From the NCBI RefSeq assembly GCF_000011325.1, contig NC_003450.3, forward strand, positions 570,001 to 602,000: a stretch of DNA of 32,000 nt, written 5' to 3'. The DNA is from Corynebacterium glutamicum ATCC 13032. GTDB lineage: Bacteria; Actinomycetota; Actinomycetes; Mycobacteriales; Mycobacteriaceae. The position numbers and the translations under genes were made by a program. The notes under the pieces are model-generated. The model did not search any database. It had not been told where the DNA came from and saw only the letters and a program-made list of their open reading frames with translations. Below are positions 27,820-32,000 of the stretch, piece after piece. Every line of letters starts with the position of its first letter. Position 1 is the first letter of the stretch.

Positions 27820-27891
27820 CCATAGTGGAGGGCAAAAATACTGCCACGAAACTGACATTGGTTGACACATCTTAAAAAGGGGGACTTTTAG

Positions 27892-28197
27892 GTGTCTGGA
27901 TTCGAACTTAAAATTGGGGAATCTTTAGCGACACTGCGCGGGCTTCTGGGGGAAACCGCGCAGCAACACAGCATTCACCGGCAACGCGTGCCTTACTATT
28001 CACCTTCGGCCTCTGGCCGAGGATTTAGCGCGCACGGCGTGGCCTTGGCGGACATGTTTGAGGGGCTGCACAGGGGCGTCGAGAAGCGTATCGACGCTTT
28101 TACCCAAACAACCCAAGCCGCCGAGGAAGAAGTTAAACGATTCGACAATACCGACAAAGTTTTTGGTGCCGGATTTGATGGGATTGATCCGAAGTGA
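27892..28197 (+). CDS. Hypothetical 101-aa helix-loop-helix protein (size and layout of small T7SS substrates; no WXG)
   Basis: GTG start preceded by AAGGGGGA. Two amphipathic segments separated by PYYSPSASGRGFS. GTGA overlap with the next gene. Confidence 0.6.
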   Translation: MSGFELKIGESLATLRGLLGETAQQHSIHRQRVPYYSPSASGRGFSAHGVALADMFEGLHRGVEKRIDAFTQTTQAAEEEVKRFDNTDKVFGAGFDGIDPK

Positions 28198-29705
28198 ATG
28201 ATCCTTTAGCCGGCTACGGAGCAGTGATCTCCGCACTACAAGGCGCCAGTGGTGGGATGTATCGCGGACCGGCGAAATCCGAAGGCCAGTTGCGCGAGAT
28301 GTACCAAACCATCGAAGGGCTAGACACCAGCTCGTTGCGCGAAGCTGCCGAAGCAGCAGTGGGCGGAACGAACGAAGCCAGAATACAAGGGTGGGTCGGC
28401 CCGCTCTTGAAATTCTTCGGGACGGTTGGCGGGGGAATGATCGCCACGGAGATAGCTGAACGGGCAGTCGATTGGTTCAAAAACCGTAATGATGTGGAAG
28501 AAGTCAGCGAAGCCGCTGATAAAGCCGCCGATGCGATCGACTCCACTGTCACAGAGTCCGACCAGGGCATGATGCACATTATCCAGCAGCTCTTGGACAT
28601 TGTGTCTACGTTGACGCAGATTCTTGGCAGCATGGATCGGGGGAAATTTCCTCAAGAATTCCGGGACTGTGTCCAAACTGGAGCTGATCTTATTGACCAG
28701 GCAGGGGACATGCTTGAAGGATTGTGCGCTGATCGAGATGATGCGATTTCACAGTGTTTCTCCGCGTTGACCGATCATGGAAAACAAGTTTGTGAAACTG
28801 AGCCAAAGCCGTTGTGTAGTGCAGCTTCTGGGGGTTCATCTGGTGGAGCGACTTCTTCGGCTGCGGCCTCTTCAGGTGGTTCAAGCTCGAGCACTGCTAG
28901 CTCTGGGAGTTCTGGCGGATCGAGCAGTGCTGCGGATAGTTCGACGTCGACCAATGCTGAATCCAGTGTTGAAAAGGAAAAGACCACACCTGCTGCCGTT
29001 GAGAAACCTGACGAGAAACCAGTGGAGAAGCCGGTTGAAAAGACGCCAGAAAAGCCGGTAGAAAAACCTGTCGAGAAGCAAGAGTGTGAAGAAAAGCCTG
29101 ACCCTGACCCGGAAAAATGCAAAACAGAGCCGGTCGAGTGTGAGCCAACACCGAAACCTGAAACAGAGCCTGAACCAAAACCGACACCCACGCCCACACC
29201 CGGAACACCAACACCAATACCTGAGCTAGAGACTGAGGATTGTGAACCTGGCAAGGAGACGGGCACAGACTCAGAATCTGAATCGGAAGAGTGCGCCCCC
29301 GAGCTCAATGACGTTCCAGAAGAGTCGGATCTGATTGGGCAACTCATCAAGGGAGCAATCGGTATTGGGATTGTTGTTGTAGGCGTTGGGCTGTTGGTGA
29401 ATTTCCTGGAGCAGTGCGTCCCTGTGATTGAAGAAGTACCTGTGCCGGAGCCCGAGCCTATACCTGAACCCGCTCCGCAGCCTGAGCCAACTTCAGTGAA
29501 ACCACCAGAGTCTGAACTAGATAAGGTGGCTGAGCCTGCGCCGAAGCCAATTCCACAAGCTAATTACACTGCTGCTGCAGCAACTAACTATTCCGCTCCC
29601 GCGCACGCTCCCGTTGTCCCAATTACGCCGGCAGCACCTGAAGTTCCGGCAGCACCAGAAGTGCCTGCACCGGCGGTTAATCTTCACAAGGCCGGCGGGT
29701 GGTAG
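28194..29705 (+). CDS. Hypothetical 503-aa single-TM protein: helical N-domain, Ser/Gly tract, PVEK repeats, acidic Cys-containing spacer, Pro-rich tail
   Basis: Long ORF translationally coupled on both sides. TM helix LIGQLIKGAIGIGIVVVGVGLLVNFL. 11 Cys. No N-terminal signal peptide. Confidence 0.7.
   Translation: MNDPLAGYGAVISALQGASGGMYRGPAKSEGQLREMYQTIEGLDTSSLREAAEAAVGGTNEARIQGWVGPLLKFFGTVGGGMIATEIAERAVDWFKNRNDVEEVSEAADKAADAIDSTVTESDQGMMHIIQQLLDIVSTLTQILGSMDRGKFPQEFRDCVQTGADLIDQAGDMLEGLCADRDDAISQCFSALTDHGKQVCETEPKPLCSAASGGSSGGATSSAAASSGGSSSSTASSGSSGGSSSAADSSTSTNAESSVEKEKTTPAAVEKPDEKPVEKPVEKTPEKPVEKPVEKQECEEKPDPDPEKCKTEPVECEPTPKPETEPEPKPTPTPTPGTPTPIPELETEDCEPGKETGTDSESESEECAPELNDVPEESDLIGQLIKGAIGIGIVVVGVGLLVNFLEQCVPVIEEVPVPEPEPIPEPAPQPEPTSVKPPESELDKVAEPAPKPIPQANYTAAAATNYSAPAHAPVVPITPAAPEVPAAPEVPAPAVNLHKAGGW
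28998..29078 (+). repeat. In-frame 12-nt tandem repeat encoding VEK-PDEK-PVEK-PVEK-TPEK-PVEK-PVEK
   Basis: The units use different synonymous codons (cca gtg gag aag / ccg gtt gaa aag / ccg gta gaa aaa / cct gtc gag aag). Conservation is therefore at the protein level. Confidence 0.85.
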
Positions 29706-29935
29706 CGGTGGAGTATGCGGAATTTCTCCAGCAGTTTCGGGAGCGCACAGCTAAGCGGATGGAAGAGTTCGAAAAGGCGATCGCTTCGACTCAACGAAAG
29801 CTTGATGATGTGGCGGAAGAGGTGGAAAAGAAGAAACAGCCTGTTGTGGTTGAGTCTCTGGAAAAACCGATTCGGATGGCAAGGCGACAACAGAGAGGTC
29901 GGGGGCCTGTGAAATCGGTACTGCGGGAAGCCTAA
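29699..29935 (+). CDS. Hypothetical 78-aa charged coiled-coil protein
   Basis: GTG 29699 (or in-frame GTG 29708) overlaps or abuts the TAG of the 503-aa gene. Heptad-like EEFEKAIASTQRKLDDVAEEVEKKK and a basic C-terminus. Confidence 0.5.
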   Translation: MVAVEYAEFLQQFRERTAKRMEEFEKAIASTQRKLDDVAEEVEKKKQPVVVESLEKPIRMARRQQRGRGPVKSVLREA

Positions 29936-29945
29936 AACTAGAAAG

Positions 29946-30003
29946 GGGTGATTTTGGTTGGTACAAAACCGCAAGACCGCGTTAGTACCAAACAAAATCA
30001 CCC
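29946..30003. terminator. Long hairpin between convergent genes (bidirectional terminator candidate)
   Basis: 19-nt arms GGGTGATTTTGGTTGGTAC / GTACCAAACAAAATCACCC (one mismatch) with a 20-nt loop. Confidence 0.6.
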
Positions 30004-30018
30004 ACTAAGAAAAGCGAA

Positions 30019-30876
30019 CTACTTCTCGTTAAGGAACGCGAATGGGGACGTGTCCTTAGGGAAGGCATGTTCCTGCAGCTCCTGGCCGAAGTAGGAGACA
30101 ACTTTCTTAGCTTCAGCGTCTGGTTCGGAGAATGCTTTGTATTTCTTTTCTCCGGCAAGTTGGTGGAGAAGGAATCCGGTGAGGAGGCCGCGGACGGTTT
30201 CTTGAGCTCCGGTTTGTGGGCTGCCGATTCCTGCGACAAGTTTGAACATGGTGTCTTCAGAGAAGCCCTGTTGGTTGCCTTTTTCTGATTCGCGGTAGCA
30301 GACATCGCCGGCCCAGTTGGCTGCGAGTTTTGCTGGCTCGCCGGATTCAAAGAGGCCGAGGCTGGAGGATCCGATGACTAGGCCTGGGGCTTTGACAGCG
30401 AAGGCGGCGTCGATTGCTGAGGGGGAGGTTTTCGCTGGGTAGATTGCTCCGACTGCGCGCACGAGGTCGCGGTTTGCTGCGGATAGTACTGCAGCCCCAG
30501 CACCCATGCCGTGGCCTACTACACCGAGGCAGGCTGGGTTGACGGTGACGTTTCCGGAGCCGAGTTTTACGCCGCCGAGAATCTGAATGGAGGATTCGAG
30601 GTCAGAGGCGAAACCTTTGTGGTCTGGCATGAAGCCATTTTCGGTGTCTGGGGCGGCAACAGCGATGCCCCAGGACGCGAGGTGTCGCAAAGTTTGGTGG
30701 TAGTACTTGATGGATTTCATCCAGTCGTGGCCGAAAGCTACACCTGGGATGCCGTCGCCTTCTGCTGGGGTGTAGATTTTGCCCGGGATGCCGGCGTAGT
30801 TCATATCGCCTACCAGCACGCGGTGCGGTCCGCGCTTGGACAGTTTGGACAGGTGTTTGTTCAGATTCTCAGCCAC
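30019..30876 (-). CDS. Cutinase/lipase-like alpha/beta-hydrolase-fold protein lacking the catalytic triad (probable pseudoenzyme)
   Basis: 285 aa, GTG start. The nucleophile elbow reads GVVGHGMGAGA where homologues have GxMGHSMGGGG. No signal peptide. Confidence 0.75.
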   Translation of the reverse strand: MAENLNKHLSKLSKRGPHRVLVGDMNYAGIPGKIYTPAEGDGIPGVAFGHDWMKSIKYYHQTLRHLASWGIAVAAPDTENGFMPDHKGFASDLESSIQILGGVKLGSGNVTVNPACLGVVGHGMGAGAAVLSAANRDLVRAVGAIYPAKTSPSAIDAAFAVKAPGLVIGSSSLGLFESGEPAKLAANWAGDVCYRESEKGNQQGFSEDTMFKLVAGIGSPQTGAQETVRGLLTGFLLHQLAGEKKYKAFSEPDAEAKKVVSYFGQELQEHAFPKDTSPFAFLNEK

Positions 30877-30970
30877 GTGTTTAAGGATAGTTGAAAGCGT
30901 GGGGCAATACTGGCACTAACCCCGGCACCAATCGTATTTCTGTCCGCGGTTGGTGGCACAATAGTTCAAC

Positions 30971-32000
30971 ATGAACTTGCTGACCACCAAAATTGACCTG
31001 GATGCCATCGCCCATAACACGAGGGTGCTTAAACAAATGGCGGGTCCGGCGAAGCTGATGGCGGTGGTGAAGGCGAATGCATATAACCATGGCGTAGAGA
31101 AGGTCGCTCCGGTTATTGCTGCTCATGGTGCGGATGCGTTTGGTGTGGCAACTCTTGCGGAGGCTATGCAGTTGCGTGATATCGGCATCAGCCAAGAGGT
31201 TTTGTGTTGGATTTGGACACCGGAGCAGGATTTCCGCGCCGCCATTGATCGCAATATTGATTTGGCTGTTATTTCTCCCGCGCATGCCAAAGCCTTGATC
31301 GAAACTGATGCGGAGCATATTCGGGTGTCCATCAAGATTGATTCTGGGTTGCATCGTTCGGGTGTGGATGAGCAGGAGTGGGAGGGCGTGTTCAGCGCGT
31401 TGGCTGCTGCCCCGCACATTGAGGTCACGGGCATGTTCACGCACTTGGCGTGCGCGGATGAGCCAGAGAATCCGGAAACTGATCGCCAAATTATTGCTTT
31501 TCGACGCGCCCTTGCGCTCGCCCGCAAGCACGGGCTTGAGTGCCCGGTCAACCACGTATGCAACTCACCTGCATTCTTGACTCGATCTGATTTACACATG
31601 GAGATGGTCCGACCGGGTTTGGCCTTTTATGGGTTGGAACCCGTGGCGGGACTGGAGCATGGTTTGAAGCCGGCGATGACGTGGGAGGCGAAGGTGAGCG
31701 TCGTAAAGCAAATTGAAGCTGGACAAGGCACTTCCTATGGCCTGACCTGGCGCGCTGAGGATCGCGGCTTTGTGGCTGTGGTGCCTGCGGGCTATGCCGA
31801 TGGCATGCCGCGGCATGCCCAGGGGAAATTCTCCGTCACGATTGATGGCCTGGACTATCCGCAGGTTGGGCGCGTATGCATGGATCAGTTCGTTATTTCT
31901 TTGGGCGACAATCCACACGGCGTGGAAGCTGGGGCGAAGGCCGTGATATTCGGTGAGAATGGGCATGACGCAACTGATTTTGCGGAGCGTTTAGACACCA
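30971..32000 (+). CDS. alr: Alanine racemase, N-terminal 343 codons (3' end outside the window)
   Basis: Not in the ORF track because no stop is reached. My translation from ATG 30971 is MNLLTTKIDLDAIAHNTRVLKQMAGPAKLMAVVKANAYNHG... (PLP-lysine motif), continuing ...VPAGYADGMPR...GRVCMDQF. Confidence 0.92.
   Translation, partial: MNLLTTKIDLDAIAHNTRVLKQMAGPAKLMAVVKANAYNHGVEKVAPVIAAHGADAFGVATLAEAMQLRDIGISQEVLCWIWTPEQDFRAAIDRNIDLAVISPAHAKALIETDAEHIRVSIKIDSGLHRSGVDEQEWEGVFSALAAAPHIEVTGMFTHLACADEPENPETDRQIIAFRRALALARKHGLECPVNHVCNSPAFLTRSDLHMEMVRPGLAFYGLEPVAGLEHGLKPAMTWEAKVSVVKQIEAGQGTSYGLTWRAEDRGFVAVVPAGYADGMPRHAQGKFSVTIDGLDYPQVGRVCMDQFVISLGDNPHGVEAGAKAVIFGENGHDATDFAERLDT

Noticed and set aside
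28998-29078. The short tandem repeats as a CRISPR array or phase-variation tract.
   Set aside because: The 12-nt units are in frame inside a long ORF and have no spacers. They are codon-diversified, so they are protein repeats, not a CRISPR array or a slippage tract.

Overview
This looks like an actinobacterial core-chromosome window. Gene content and synteny resemble Corynebacterium glutamicum as I remember it, but I cannot verify that here.

Left third: the tail of the ribosomal and secretion cluster. It holds secY (partial), adk, map, an L,D-transpeptidase, then infA-rpsM-rpsK-rpsD-rpoA-rplQ-truA.

Middle: a GT-C glycosyltransferase (RptA-like) and a GNAT gene broken by a single in-frame TGA. 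These are followed by a compact ESX-4-type type VII secretion (T7SS) locus: eccB, then mycP-eccD divergent from eccC, an Rv3446c-like gene and two WXG100 genes. A 3.6-kb insert between eccB and mycP carries a BfaA/BfaB-like FAD-oxidoreductase plus SAM-methyltransferase pair.

Right: rplM-rpsI-glmM, then an uncharacterised three-gene operon. It encodes a 101-aa helical protein, a 503-aa Cys/Pro/Glu-rich single-TM protein and a 78-aa coiled-coil protein. After it come a cutinase-like alpha/beta-hydrolase homologue with all three catalytic residues replaced, and the start of alr.

Main finding: a 30-bp ECF-sigma-type promoter motif, GGGAACC-N15-CAGTCnAAC, occurs four times. Every copy is intergenic and correctly oriented. 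The copies sit in front of eccC, the esx pair, the GNAT gene and the orphan operon. This predicts one regulon and links the orphan operon and the GNAT to the T7SS.

I saw no transposase, integrase, CRISPR array, tRNA or rRNA.
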